Notes: generated by a model from the letters alone, not told the origin. A stretch of DNA of 32,000 nucleotides from Candidatus Altimarinota bacterium (GCA_041659405.1 JBAZYK010000007.1:1-32000); one strand, 5' to 3'. Positions 16,229-26,383 are shown, numbered from the stretch's first letter. A program made the numbers and translations.

Positions 16229-16275
16229 AATGGCGCAATAAACTTAAAAAGCGCTATAATCCGGTTGTTATTTCA

Positions 16276-16309
16276 AAAAGGAGCTCGCTGATGGCGGGCC
16301 CCTTTTTTG
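16276..16309 (+). terminator. Rho-independent terminator
   Basis: GGAGCTCGC-TGATG-GCGGGCCCC followed by TTTTTT. Confidence 0.65.
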
Positions 16310-16332
16310 TTTCGATATTTGAAAGCTGATTT

Positions 16333-17535
16333 TTAGTTGTCGCTGTTGTCATTGGCAAGTGCCTTGGCAAGTTCTTTTTGTTCAGTTTCAACACTTTTCA
16401 TCATAGCTTTTAGGTTGGTTTTCATATCTTTGATCATCTTGCTTGTGATCTTGGAAGTTTTAGCTTTTGTCATAAGTTTGATCAAAGCCTGTCTTCCATT
16501 ACATTGATCAGGGACATTACCTGACGCGTCTGCTTCATCCATTTCAAGGCCAAGAATATCACAGGCCTCGGAAAGACTCATTGCTACAACACTTAAAGGG
16601 TAAAGTAATGTTTTGGAAGAAATTATTCTGTTTACTTTAACGACAAGAGCTTTCAGATCTTTAATATCCTGATCACTAATTGAAGTGTCGGTGATATTTA
16701 GATCCTTGGGAACTGCAAACTTTTGACCTTTAGCCGGTTGGATATACGAGAAGTTGAAATTGTTATTAGGCTGACCGGGTTGACCAGGCTGGCCGGGTTG
16801 TCCAGGTTGGCCGGGTTGGCCAGGTTGACCGGGTTGGTTCGGTTGGTTTGGGTTGAATTGACCGCCGGGCTGACCAGGTTGACCTGGTTGACCAGGTTTG
16901 AATTGACCAGGCTGACCGAATTGATCGCCAGGTTGACCGGGTTGATTTGGCTGATTAGGGTTGAATTGATAAGGTTGATTGCCACCTTGTCCGAAACCGG
17001 GACCATTACCATTCTGACCGGAGCCAGGGTTGAAGCCTTGGCCTTGGTTAGGACCGCCATTACCTCCGTTTTTTTGGTTTATGTCATCAGGACCTATGCC
17101 CGAACAAGTGCCTGGACCTGTACCGCAAGAACCTGGAGCACCATTGAAACCTGGCTGACCGGGGTTGAATTGACCAGATTGGTTAGGTTGTCCGAATTGA
17201 CCACCGGGTTGACCAGGGTTGAATTGATTAGGTTGATTTGGCTGGTTTGGTTGATTAGGACCGAATTGACCAGGCTGATTAGGTTGGTTCGGTTGACCAA
17301 ATTGACCGCCAGGTTGACCGGGTTGCATATTACCGCCTTGATCAGGGATACCGACGCCTCCTGCGCCACCGGGAACTTGTACGTTTTGTCCTTCATCTGG
17401 TCCGCTCATAGCAACCAGATTTGCACTTCCACTATTATGGAGCGCTGAAACTGAAAATGATACACCACCGACTACTACTGTTGCGGCAAGCAATGCCATT
17501 GGCAGATAGTAGAAGAGTTTGTTTTTATTTTCCAT
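16333..17535 (-). CDS. P/G/N/Q-rich low-complexity (collagen-like) surface protein
   Basis: N-terminal signal segment, long [18 protein letters not shown] repeats, then a short helical C-terminal domain. Confidence 0.8.
   Translation of the reverse strand: MENKNKLFYYLPMALLAATVVVGGVSFSVSALHNSGSANLVAMSGPDEGQNVQVPGGAGGVGIPDQGGNMQPGQPGGQFGQPNQPNQPGQFGPNQPNQPNQPNQFNPGQPGGQFGQPNQSGQFNPGQPGFNGAPGSCGTGPGTCSGIGPDDINQKNGGNGGPNQGQGFNPGSGQNGNGPGFGQGGNQPYQFNPNQPNQPGQPGDQFGQPGQFKPGQPGQPGQPGGQFNPNQPNQPGQPGQPGQPGQPGQPGQPGQPNNNFNFSYIQPAKGQKFAVPKDLNITDTSISDQDIKDLKALVVKVNRIISSKTLLYPLSVVAMSLSEACDILGLEMDEADASGNVPDQCNGRQALIKLMTKAKTSKITSKMIKDMKTNLKAMMKSVETEQKELAKALANDNSDN
16745..17345 (-). repeat. Tandem-repeat coding region (degenerate GG-T-TGACC-GGTTG units)
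   Basis: Visible short-period repeats in DNA and protein. Confidence 0.85.
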
Positions 17536-17764
17536 ATTTTTTTTGGTTAAGAAATATGTATTGAATATGTATTAAGAAACATATCGTACCATTGTACAAC
17601 ATATTTATATATTAAGCAAGCCCTCGGGGTGAGCTCAATCTTCAGGTAATCAACAAAGTCAGCAACAAAATCAACTGCAAAATAGTCAGCAGGCTTAGCA
17701 AAACCTTTCCGAACAACCAAAGCTGTTTTGGCAGTCATTTTGCCGTTCGAGGTTAAATAGTTGC

Positions 17765-20482
17765 TTAATACATCACATCCACTTGGCCGGTATTCGTGTC
17801 GCCAAGTTTGAAGTGGAAGTTTAGGGTTAGCCCGATTTTTGTGGCGGTAAAATCTCCGTTGACGTTACTGTCGATTTTGTAGCCACGACCTTCCAGAGCG
17901 GTTACTATTTTCCCGATATCGTCTTTTGTGACGAGCCGGCTAAATCTATACGCAACCCATCCTCCGGCAAAGTCATCCCATAACTTTACGTCATTGAATA
18001 TTCCCTTTAGGACGGGCATTAATTCATCATTGATTATGATCCCTTTTGGGCTTGTGGCTGTTATTGCATTGGTCTCGTCATATTTCATTTGAGGCCGTGT
18101 TTTGGTGGTGGGAGTTGCGCCGCCCGTACCTGTGCCGGTACCGGTTCCTCCAGTAAAGCCGTTCGTGTTTGTTGCTACACAAATTTGAGTTTGATAAGTC
18201 GTGGCTTCCGAAGCGGTTGTGCTTACTCCTGTTTTATTGCTTAGCTTGATGGTTCTGGCAATGTTATCCATGGGATATTCCACCACCAATTCCGGCGAAG
18301 TTAATTTATTTGTAACAATATAAGAACTGACGTCACTTGCTTCGGTGTCGCTGAAATCCGCAACAAGGTCGCTGTTGCCCAAATTTCCATTTACGTCCAA
18401 CTTCATAATCATCGCTTCGGTATATTCCAGGATTGAAGTTAGAACCCGGTGTTTAATTCCCGTATGCCATGTTCCCGTTATTGCGTAGCCGGAATCTGCG
18501 GTTTGCGTTATGTCGTATCCATCCAAATCTTTTGTTCCACCAATGTTTTTGCCCCATTGATAATTAAAATTCTTGTCCAGTTTTATTAAGACAATATTTT
18601 TAACCATTAAACCTGATTGCCAGGATTCTATCTCTTTTGAAATTGCGTCCAAAGCTTTTTTGGATTCGGGAGTTTCAGGGCTCATAATTGGATATTTTGC
18701 GTAGTAATCCGCCATCATTTGATCGTATATTTTTGATTGGGCCATGGTATCTTTATTGACGTATCCGCCAACAAGATTATTTCCCATGATGATATATCCG
18801 TCATCGGAGGTTTTTTTAATGACAACGTCTTCTAAAAACCTTTTTACTTTAATGGTTCTTGCCCACTGCAGTTTTCCGGTTGAATCCGTTTTAACGGCTA
18901 CCAGGCTCCATTCTTTAAAAGCTTCCGTTTGTAATTTGGCGAGTTCGGCGGTTGAAATAGCGGAAAAATAACTTCCAAGGGCAATATATCCGCCGTCATT
19001 GGTTTGATCCGCTGTCAGGAATTGGCCGAATGCCAAATGCATTTTGTTTGGGGTTCCCACCGTGAAGCTTTTTCCATCCGGGTTCATTATCAAATTTGGA
19101 ATTTCAATCGGTAAATTTTCCAGGCCGGTAGCCCATTCAAATTCGCCATTTGGTTTCAATTTAACCAATGCGGGTACTTTCTGGTCATTTTCTTCTACAA
19201 GCTTGACATTGCCGATCAAAATATAACCACCGTCCGCAGTTTGTTTTACGGATTTAGTCATTTTTTCATCACCTTCAATTTTTTTGAGCCAGTTGGTTTG
19301 GCCGTTGGCATCAAAATTTCCAAGCAACACAGTGTCATTTATGTCTGCTACATCCGGTTGTCCGACCAAGACTCCTGTCGATCCGGACATTACAAATCCA
19401 CCATCTTTGGTTGGGAAAAGTTTAGTCGCGATGTCCGTGCTTTTTTGGCCTACTGTTCTTGTCCAAATGTTGTTTCCGTTGCCATCAAGTTTTACTATAA
19501 AATTATCTCCCTGTCCTTCAAGCGTTTCCTGTTCCGCGTCTGTTATAAATTCGTTACTGACTTCGCCGGCTGCGACAATGTTGCCGTCTGTAAGCTGAGT
19601 AATTGCGTAGCCCTCGGAACCGCCATTGTCAAAAAGTTTGCTCCACTTTTTATTTCCGTTACTGTCGGCTTTAATAAAAAACATACTTGGTCCTTTCATT
19701 TCGTTATGATTCACCGTGTGTCCCGTTATGGCATATTCGCCATCCAAAGTTTGAGTTATTGCGTATGTATCAGCGGTGTCTTTCAGTCGGTATGATTTTA
19801 CAAATGTGGTTGTTTGCAGGGTTTGCGGATTTCCGGTAAAGAAATTTGTTGAACTTTTGGTTGTGATCCCTTTCTTTAATCTATAAATCATTTCGGCCAT
19901 TTCCCCGCGTGAAATATTTTTCGTAACGGAACAAATACTTACCGGAATGGCCTTTAGCTCTTCCAGTTTTTCTACAAATGATTGATACCAAATTTCTTTT
20001 TGAGAGGTTTGATAACCAAATGCGTTTACAATAATTTTGGAAGACTCGGGAAAATTTATATAGTTTCCCGGCTTAAAAGAGCCATCGGGATAACCGTTTA
20101 CAATTCCGTTATTGGAAGCCACGCAGACATATTGATAAAACCAGTCACTATTATGAATATCGGGAAAAGTTTTGGTTGGCGTGCATCCTGAAATTTGTTC
20201 TTTTGTGAAATTTGCCCCAATAATAATCTTAACAAATTCGGCGCGATTGATCTGGTTATCCGGCCTATAGGTGCCATTTTCATATCCGCTGACAATGCCC
20301 TGTGATTGAACATAATTTACAGCGTCAAAAAATGGATTGTTCGAACTCAAATCCGAAAATATTGAGTTCGGCGTATTGGTATCTACGGCAAACAAAGTCA
20401 CAAACGGAAGAGGAATGGCCAAAACGAATGCGCCAAAAAACGCCAGGCTCAGCAGTGGGAATGTGAAATGTTGTTTTTTCAT
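17765..20482 (-). CDS. Large SLH-domain protein with a repeat (beta-propeller-like) region
   Basis: SLH motifs (FFDAVNYVQSQGIVSGYENGTYRPDNQINRAEFVKIII; NGIVNGYPDGSFKPGNYINFPESSKIIV) then repeats such as GGYIILGNVKL / GGYIALGSYF / GYAITGTWH. Start placed at MKKQHFTFPLL. Confidence 0.85.
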   Translation of the reverse strand: MKKQHFTFPLLSLAFFGAFVLAIPLPFVTLFAVDTNTPNSIFSDLSSNNPFFDAVNYVQSQGIVSGYENGTYRPDNQINRAEFVKIIIGANFTKEQISGCTPTKTFPDIHNSDWFYQYVCVASNNGIVNGYPDGSFKPGNYINFPESSKIIVNAFGYQTSQKEIWYQSFVEKLEELKAIPVSICSVTKNISRGEMAEMIYRLKKGITTKSSTNFFTGNPQTLQTTTFVKSYRLKDTADTYAITQTLDGEYAITGHTVNHNEMKGPSMFFIKADSNGNKKWSKLFDNGGSEGYAITQLTDGNIVAAGEVSNEFITDAEQETLEGQGDNFIVKLDGNGNNIWTRTVGQKSTDIATKLFPTKDGGFVMSGSTGVLVGQPDVADINDTVLLGNFDANGQTNWLKKIEGDEKMTKSVKQTADGGYILIGNVKLVEENDQKVPALVKLKPNGEFEWATGLENLPIEIPNLIMNPDGKSFTVGTPNKMHLAFGQFLTADQTNDGGYIALGSYFSAISTAELAKLQTEAFKEWSLVAVKTDSTGKLQWARTIKVKRFLEDVVIKKTSDDGYIIMGNNLVGGYVNKDTMAQSKIYDQMMADYYAKYPIMSPETPESKKALDAISKEIESWQSGLMVKNIVLIKLDKNFNYQWGKNIGGTKDLDGYDITQTADSGYAITGTWHTGIKHRVLTSILEYTEAMIMKLDVNGNLGNSDLVADFSDTEASDVSSYIVTNKLTSPELVVEYPMDNIARTIKLSNKTGVSTTASEATTYQTQICVATNTNGFTGGTGTGTGTGGATPTTKTRPQMKYDETNAITATSPKGIIINDELMPVLKGIFNDVKLWDDFAGGWVAYRFSRLVTKDDIGKIVTALEGRGYKIDSNVNGDFTATKIGLTLNFHFKLGDTNTGQVDVMY

Positions 20483-20519
20483 TTTGTGATAATTATGAAG
20501 TGCGTTGTCCCGTGGATCC

Positions 20520-21176
20520 TTAATCTTTATTATGAAAGCTGAATAAAATATTATCCAGGGTTGTCCCATAGGTTCCGGCGTATTCCTTAAGTACCATTTC
20601 ACGGAATGTTGAAATTGTACCGCTATCATTTAAAATGCCGATTTCTTTAAAACGCCAATTTTTGGTTCCATCTGCGTATGATCCGGCGGCGAAGTAGCTC
20701 TCGCTGAGGTCGTTTGTCTTATTGTCCAATTCAAAAAGTTCGAGTTTGTATTTGGAATTACTTTCGAAAGATTTTTTAATGTCGGTTAATACGAGTGCGC
20801 GCCCACCTGTTTTGGTTAGGCGGGGATCATTTGACATCTGGATGCTAACGAAGGCTTTACCCGATGGTTCATTGATGAATTCCGCGGGAGCCTTTTTTTG
20901 GGAATCATCAATAATCCAATCTTTTGGATAATTCATAATGTAGCCGAAGCGGGATTTGAATTCCAATGTGTTGTCGGTGGCCTTGGTTTGAGTTTCTGTT
21001 TGAGTTTGCGTCTGCGTGGTGGTGGTTTTGGCTTGAGTATCGTTGGTAATCTGTTTGTTTTCTTGTGGCAAAATTTTGCCGAATTTACCAAAATTTATGG
21101 CAGCGATTGTGATTATTGCGATAATTGTGATGGCTGCGATTGCGATGCCTATTATGATTGTTTTTTTATTTTTCAT
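20520..21176 (-). CDS. Hypothetical membrane-anchored protein (PsbP-like C-terminal domain possible)
   Basis: N-terminal TM (IIIGIAIAAITIIAIITIAAI), T/Q-rich linker, FGYIMNYPKDWIIDD. Confidence 0.6.
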   Translation of the reverse strand: MKNKKTIIIGIAIAAITIIAIITIAAINFGKFGKILPQENKQITNDTQAKTTTTQTQTQTETQTKATDNTLEFKSRFGYIMNYPKDWIIDDSQKKAPAEFINEPSGKAFVSIQMSNDPRLTKTGGRALVLTDIKKSFESNSKYKLELFELDNKTNDLSESYFAAGSYADGTKNWRFKEIGILNDSGTISTFREMVLKEYAGTYGTTLDNILFSFHNKD

Positions 21177-21206
21177 GCGGAACTAAATTATCTTCCGACT
21201 TATATT

Positions 21207-21980
21207 TTAGCCTAAATACTTCTGTTTTAAAACATTTAATTGAAACAGTGTTGGCGTTTTCCAGGCTTTGGTGAAGAAAACGAAGCCAGCAAGGATGATT
21301 GTAAAAATTATTCCGCTTTCGTTTAAAAGTGGGCCGCTGATTCCAAAAAGAATCATGGCGATGTTGTTTCCTGCATGGACAAGCGTAGGGGCAAGGATGC
21401 CTCCGGTTTTTTGGCGGATCCAGCCGAGCATAAAACTCGCCAGAGTCAGATTCACGAAGAAGAGGATTACCCCAATCCAGAACGGTCCGGGAATAGTGTA
21501 TCCTCCATATAAAATTGCGGGCAGGTGCCACAAAGCCCAAAAAAAGCTGATTGATAAATTCATTTTAAACCAGCCCTCCATGGTGAAATATTTATACAAA
21601 TATCCCCGCCAGCCGATTTCCTCAAAAATCACACTTAATAAAATGAAGACGGTTTGGTATAAAATATTTTGGTTTTGATCCAGTGGATCAGGCGAAAAAG
21701 GGAAAACATATTTGCCGAGCAGATATAAAACCGTCGTGTAGGCAAAGGGGGTGATAAGGGCTATTAACAGCCATTTTTTATTTTTCTTGATGTCTTCAAT
21801 TTTTGCAAATTCTTTTCCTTTTAAGAGCATGATTGTAAAAGGAACTCCAAGAGCATAAGCAAGGATGTTGATGCGGTGATCTTTTGTGACAAGAATCGAG
21901 ATTCCGCAAAAAATCAGCGAAAACAAAAGCGCGAGCAGAAAAAATGTAAAAGCTTTTTTAATTAATGTGGATTCTTTCAA
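21207..21980 (-). CDS. CPBP-family intramembrane metalloprotease
   Basis: EEIGWRGYLYKYF and FWALWHLPAILYGG motifs with multiple TM segments. Confidence 0.9.
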   Translation of the reverse strand: MKESTLIKKAFTFFLLALLFSLIFCGISILVTKDHRINILAYALGVPFTIMLLKGKEFAKIEDIKKNKKWLLIALITPFAYTTVLYLLGKYVFPFSPDPLDQNQNILYQTVFILLSVIFEEIGWRGYLYKYFTMEGWFKMNLSISFFWALWHLPAILYGGYTIPGPFWIGVILFFVNLTLASFMLGWIRQKTGGILAPTLVHAGNNIAMILFGISGPLLNESGIIFTIILAGFVFFTKAWKTPTLFQLNVLKQKYLG

Positions 21981-22034
21981 ATTTATTTTGGGGAAAAATA
22001 ATTAAGCATGTTCAAAAAAGTCTGTCGCTAGAGT

Positions 22035-22385
22035 CTATTGTTCCAAATTGGTTTCCAGGCTGGAACTGTCTTTCCAGCTGCCATCAAGGTCGCGGTATTT
22101 AACGCTTAGTTTGTAACTAAACTCGTCCGGGCTGCGGCTATAATGCTCTTTTAGTTTTCCGCCTTTTTCGGAAGAGGTCTTTGTTAGGCGGTGCTCTTTA
22201 TCCAAAATGAGCATGTAATCCATATTATTTTTGGAAAACTCGTAAGTTTCACGAATGCCGATTTCTTCCTGTGTGTTGGTTTTGTGGTCAAAGTAAACCA
22301 AAGGTTCTTCACTGACTTCATATTCAATCGAATCCAAAAAATCACGTTTGATGTCGTCCCACTTGTCTTCATTAATGTAAATCAT
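22035..22385 (-). CDS. Hypothetical protein
   Basis: 116-aa ORF directly abutting the downstream-numbered methyltransferase gene in the same orientation. Confidence 0.55.
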   Translation of the reverse strand: MIYINEDKWDDIKRDFLDSIEYEVSEEPLVYFDHKTNTQEEIGIRETYEFSKNNMDYMLILDKEHRLTKTSSEKGGKLKEHYSRSPDEFSYKLSVKYRDLDGSWKDSSSLETNLEQ

Positions 22386-23600
22386 TTAAGAGGGGTTAGA
22401 AAAATATGAAAACAGATAGCATTTGATGTTTCCGTTAAATAATTTGCGATTTTTGTCTGCTGGACGGCCAAAAAGCAATGGGAAATTTTCGTTGGAAGTT
22501 ATTATAAACAGTGAGCAGTTTTTGGTTTGAGCGAATTTTTTTCCAAATTGGCGGTACATTTCTATTACGTGGGCTTGTTCTTCCAGGCGGTCACCGTATG
22601 GCGGATTGGTGACGAACGTGCAGTTTTCAAACTTGCTGAAGTCCAGGTCGTTAAAGTCGGCGCGTTTAAAATTGATGCTGGTAAAACCGGCGCGTTTGGC
22701 ATTTTCCTGCGCTATTTCCAAAGCTTGCGCATCAATATCAAAACAGTAAATGGGGATTTTTTTTGAAGATTTGGCGTCTTGAATTTTTGCTGTGTCTGCC
22801 TGGTCGGCATTGGTTTCCGGTGTTTGTTTTTCGCTGCCTGCTGCGGCTTCGTTTGCTTCATCATAGGCTTCTTTGATTTTTTTTGGATCAATCCACGGCC
22901 AATTTTGAAAGGCGAATTCGCGCTTTAATCCTGGGGCAATGTCGCTTGCCATCAGGGCCGCTTCAATTGCAATGGTTCCACTTCCGCAGAAAGGGTCAAC
23001 AAAGCTTCGTTCGGGTATTCCGTTGGGTAATCCGGCGGGTAGCCAGTCCGAAAGTTTGACCATGGCGGCAGCTAAAGTTTCTTTAATGGGAGCCAAATTT
23101 GCCTTAAGGCGATACCCGCGTTTGTGCAGACTTTCTCCGGAAGAATCAATACTAATGGTAAATTGATCTTTGTTGGCCTTAACCATAATTTGGTAAACAG
23201 CCCCCGAATTTTCCGGCAGAATCTCCAAATTGTATTTTTGCTGCAATCTTTTCACAATTGCTTTTTTGACGATGCTTTGGATGGCCGGTTCGCTGTGGAG
23301 CATCGATTTTGCGCTGGTTGCCTGTACCGGGAAAGAATCATTGATACCAATGTGTTTTTCCCATTCAATTGGCTGAATTTGATCAAAAAGATCGTCAAAA
23401 GTGGTGGCTTCAAATTCGTCGATTTTAATTTGAACGCGGTCGGCACAGCGCAGCCAAAGATTGGCTCTAATAAGCGCAAGTTCGTCGCCTTCAAAAGTAA
23501 CCTTTCCATCTTCGGTTTTGGTAGTCCAAAGCTTAAGGTTTCTAAGTTCATCTTGGACGAGTTTTTCCAGTCCAAAGGCGCAGGTTGCAATAAGTTCCAT
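22386..23600 (-). CDS. THUMP-domain class I SAM-dependent RNA methyltransferase (RlmL/YpsC/Trm11-like)
   Basis: N-terminal THUMP-like region, SFVDPFCGSGTIAIEAALMA, CTFVTNPPYGDRL motif. Confidence 0.9.
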   Translation of the reverse strand: MELIATCAFGLEKLVQDELRNLKLWTTKTEDGKVTFEGDELALIRANLWLRCADRVQIKIDEFEATTFDDLFDQIQPIEWEKHIGINDSFPVQATSAKSMLHSEPAIQSIVKKAIVKRLQQKYNLEILPENSGAVYQIMVKANKDQFTISIDSSGESLHKRGYRLKANLAPIKETLAAAMVKLSDWLPAGLPNGIPERSFVDPFCGSGTIAIEAALMASDIAPGLKREFAFQNWPWIDPKKIKEAYDEANEAAAGSEKQTPETNADQADTAKIQDAKSSKKIPIYCFDIDAQALEIAQENAKRAGFTSINFKRADFNDLDFSKFENCTFVTNPPYGDRLEEQAHVIEMYRQFGKKFAQTKNCSLFIITSNENFPLLFGRPADKNRKLFNGNIKCYLFSYFSNPS

Positions 23601-23729
23601 GGATATATTTTAGGTAATTTACCACTGTGGCAGCTGTAAAATAGCACAAACCCGTGTTATAGTGCCATTTGATTTGCTAAACCGGGAGAGGTTTGGGGAT
23701 TAAGGATCTTAATTTTTAATGAAATTTTC

Positions 23730-24215
23730 ATGTATTTGCTCCTGCTTACTATTGCCATGTGTTTGGCTTATGTAGTTCTTTATTTCTTGTTTTCGTTCTT
23801 TTTTAAAAACAAATTTACACCAATTACAGGTAAATCTTTTATTTCGATATTTTTAATAATTATAGTTAGTTTTATTGCTTATACAGCCAGTTTCGGTGTT
23901 GCAGATCCGGAGCTTGGCAATAGAATTATGCATATGTTTGGTGGAGGATTTCTGGCTTTTATGGTTTGCTTTTTGGTCGTTAAAGATAGCAAATTGGCAA
24001 TTAACAAATTCCAGTTTTTTATCTTTAGTTTTTTGATTGTGATTGCTTTGGGCGTTGCCAATGAAATAGCGGAATTTTTCCTGCAAAATTTTGCATATTT
24101 AAGGTTTTCTTCAAGCATAAATGATACCTGGCTGGATTTGATCAGTAATGTTATTGGCGCTTTGATTGCAGCTGTCTGCTTTGTGCCTTTTTTGAAAAGG
24201 AACACTAAAATTTAA
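23730..24215 (+). CDS. VanZ/DUF2238-like integral membrane protein
   Basis: Multiple TM segments with NEIAEFFLQ...DTWLDLISNVIGALIAA. Confidence 0.6.
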   Translation: MYLLLLTIAMCLAYVVLYFLFSFFFKNKFTPITGKSFISIFLIIIVSFIAYTASFGVADPELGNRIMHMFGGGFLAFMVCFLVVKDSKLAINKFQFFIFSFLIVIALGVANEIAEFFLQNFAYLRFSSSINDTWLDLISNVIGALIAAVCFVPFLKRNTKI

Positions 24216-24287
24216 TTTTTTGTAATACTTTTTCCTGTATAGTGTTGTTAATGTCGTGTTATTGATTAAAATTTTATAAATTTATTT

Positions 24288-25787
24288 ATGTTGAAAAATA
24301 CTTCTAAATTATTGTTTTTAGCCTTTAGTGTAATGTTTTTGGGAGTTGGTTGTTCTTTGCAACAATCTCAAGTTGCTCAAAATCAAGGGGCGACTCAAAC
24401 ACAAGGAAGTTCACAGGCCAAAAGTTCTGACCAGATTTCTTCGTTAAAACAGGTTTTTCTGGCTGGTGTTCCAAAGGTGGATTTTGCGCATTTGAATCTT
24501 GCGGATTTTCCTTCGGTGGATGAAAGTTATAGCATTTTAAAGCCAATTGTTTGGAATAATAAAGTTTTTGTAAATTCCAATCCTTATATACTTGAATATG
24601 ATTTGAAGGGGAATTTGCTTGAATATGCAAATTTTAACAGTACGGATTGTGGGCGTGATTTGGCATTAATCAATGATTCCTTATATGTGGCGTGCAATGG
24701 AAAAGGGATTTACGAAATTGATCTGAATGCAAATAAAGTTAGTTATTTTTATACTCAAAAAGATGGGCTTAAAGAATTGCGTAATCTTCAATTTGCGGTT
24801 GATGCCGATACTCTTTGGGTAGGGACTTTTGAAGGAGTGGCTAAAATCGATACAAAGGCTCACAAGGCCACAGTTTATGGTAAAGAATTAAATATTGGGG
24901 GAAGTGCGTTTGGTTCTAATGTTTATGCCCATAATGGCCAGGTTTGGGTTGTGGTTGGGTCGAATGCCTATAATAATGGTGGAATATCTAATTACGATAA
25001 GAATGCTGATAAATGGGATACTTATCAGGCCAAAGATCTTAAAGAAAAAGATTTGACCCGTTTGGATGTGATGTATGGCGATTTGATGGTTGCAGATCAA
25101 GGAGTTTATGCGATTTTCCAGGATGGTGGCCCTGAAAATGTTGTTTTAAAAAAGTTTGATTCTGCTCAAAAAAAATGGACGACGGTTTATCATGATGCTT
25201 ATCTTAAATTTAACAAAGGAGTAGCCAAATATTTGCCACCTGTCGAGACTTATAGGAATTTTGATTATGACCTTAATGCTCAAGATAATTCCAGCAGCTT
25301 ATTTTCTACAATTAGAGTTTTCCTTGATGGTAAGTGGGTAAGTGTTCCAATTGTCGCAAAAAAATATGTGACTCTTTCTACGCTTGTAAAAGGGACTTAT
25401 TATCTTTTAAGCGCTTCCGGAATTGATTCTTTTACAGAAGAAGATGCTTTTCCAAAGGCTTTAGTTAAAACTCCTGTTTATGCGCTTGAGGTCGCTCCAA
25501 GATTCTTTGTCACCGGCGATCAAAAGTACGTCGTTTATGTTGCAGTTGATTTTAATGCGTATGGTGGAACCACAGATGCTTATTCTGTAGGAATTTATGA
25601 TACTGAAATTCAGAAATTCTATAATTCCGAAATCAAGAACGAAAAGCAGGCGGCTGATTTTCCTCAGATTGATATTGAGAAAGCTAAATTTAGTATTAAG
25701 GGACAAAAAATTATGCTTCCCGCTGATGGAGACAGAAATTTGGTGATTGATCTTGTAACCAAAAAAGCTGCGTTTGTGAAAAATTAA
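24288..25787 (+). CDS. Lipoprotein with a predicted beta-propeller domain
   Basis: LFLAFSVMFLGVGC lipobox, repeated WVGTFEGVAKIDTKAHK-like blades. Confidence 0.7.
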   Translation: MLKNTSKLLFLAFSVMFLGVGCSLQQSQVAQNQGATQTQGSSQAKSSDQISSLKQVFLAGVPKVDFAHLNLADFPSVDESYSILKPIVWNNKVFVNSNPYILEYDLKGNLLEYANFNSTDCGRDLALINDSLYVACNGKGIYEIDLNANKVSYFYTQKDGLKELRNLQFAVDADTLWVGTFEGVAKIDTKAHKATVYGKELNIGGSAFGSNVYAHNGQVWVVVGSNAYNNGGISNYDKNADKWDTYQAKDLKEKDLTRLDVMYGDLMVADQGVYAIFQDGGPENVVLKKFDSAQKKWTTVYHDAYLKFNKGVAKYLPPVETYRNFDYDLNAQDNSSSLFSTIRVFLDGKWVSVPIVAKKYVTLSTLVKGTYYLLSASGIDSFTEEDAFPKALVKTPVYALEVAPRFFVTGDQKYVVYVAVDFNAYGGTTDAYSVGIYDTEIQKFYNSEIKNEKQAADFPQIDIEKAKFSIKGQKIMLPADGDRNLVIDLVTKKAAFVKN

Positions 25788-26383
25788 TTTCCTGTTTTCA
25801 GTATTCCTTTTTCGCAAATAATTCCCGTAATATCGACGAGTTCTGTAAGATCGTATGCGGGATTTCTTAGCATAATTTTTGAAGGTGCTTTATACCAAAT
25901 TTCCTTTGATGGCCGCGTTTTATTGAGCATCATTTTGGCCTGTTTTTCATTGGCTGATTTTTTCAAACTGGTGCAGGCAAAACTTGGAACTTGAAGCATT
26001 TTGGCAAGTTTGATCATCAAGGTTGTTCCGTTTTTGTTGATGATCTTTTTTGTTGAAGTCAGGGAATCCACGCCAAATAAAAAAAGGTCGGATTGTCGAA
26101 GATTTTGAAGGGCTAAAACATCGACGGTAATCGTTACTGGAATGTTCAATTTTGCCAGTTCTTTAGCCATTATTATGCCTGTAAGATTTGGGCGGGTTTC
26201 ACTGCAAATTACCTGAAAATCTTTTTTTTGAGTTTTGGCTTTTTTGAAGATTTCTAAAACGGTTTGCGAGTAGCAAAAAGTAAAAATGGTCATTCCATCT
26301 TTGATCAGGTCTGCTCCAAGGGCCGAAATTTTTCCCAGTGCCAATGAGGATTTTTTCAATTTTTTAGTTTGAGTTGAAGGCAT
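25784..26383 (-). CDS. eIF-2B / MtnA (aldose-ketose isomerase)-like protein, short form, last gene of the trp operon
   Basis: IFTFCYSQTVLEIF, VICSETRPNLTGIIMAKELAKLNIPVTITVD, DLFLFGVDSLTSTKKIINKNGTTLMIKLAK match the eIF2B alpha/beta/delta-MtnA family. Overlaps trpA by 20 nt. Confidence 0.8.
   Translation of the reverse strand: MPSTQTKKLKKSSLALGKISALGADLIKDGMTIFTFCYSQTVLEIFKKAKTQKKDFQVICSETRPNLTGIIMAKELAKLNIPVTITVDVLALQNLRQSDLFLFGVDSLTSTKKIINKNGTTLMIKLAKMLQVPSFACTSLKKSANEKQAKMMLNKTRPSKEIWYKAPSKIMLRNPAYDLTELVDITGIICEKGILKTGN

Noticed and set aside
16745-17345. CRISPR-like short repeated units
   Set aside because: The period is short and in multiples of codons, there are no unique spacers, and it translates cleanly. 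It is coding tandem repetition, not CRISPR.
16723-17448. 241-aa + strand ORF (LTRLTGLARL...) antisense to the repeat protein
   Set aside because: Low-complexity repeat DNA keeps both strands open. The minus-strand product has a signal sequence and plausible domain layout.
17547-17738. 63-aa minus-strand ORF between the repeat protein and the SLH gene
   Set aside because: Composition is ambiguous, there is no recognisable domain, and it is not supported enough to call as a gene.
19241-19795. 184-aa + strand ORF inside the large SLH gene
   Set aside because: Antisense to a long, domain-supported ORF, with no independent support.
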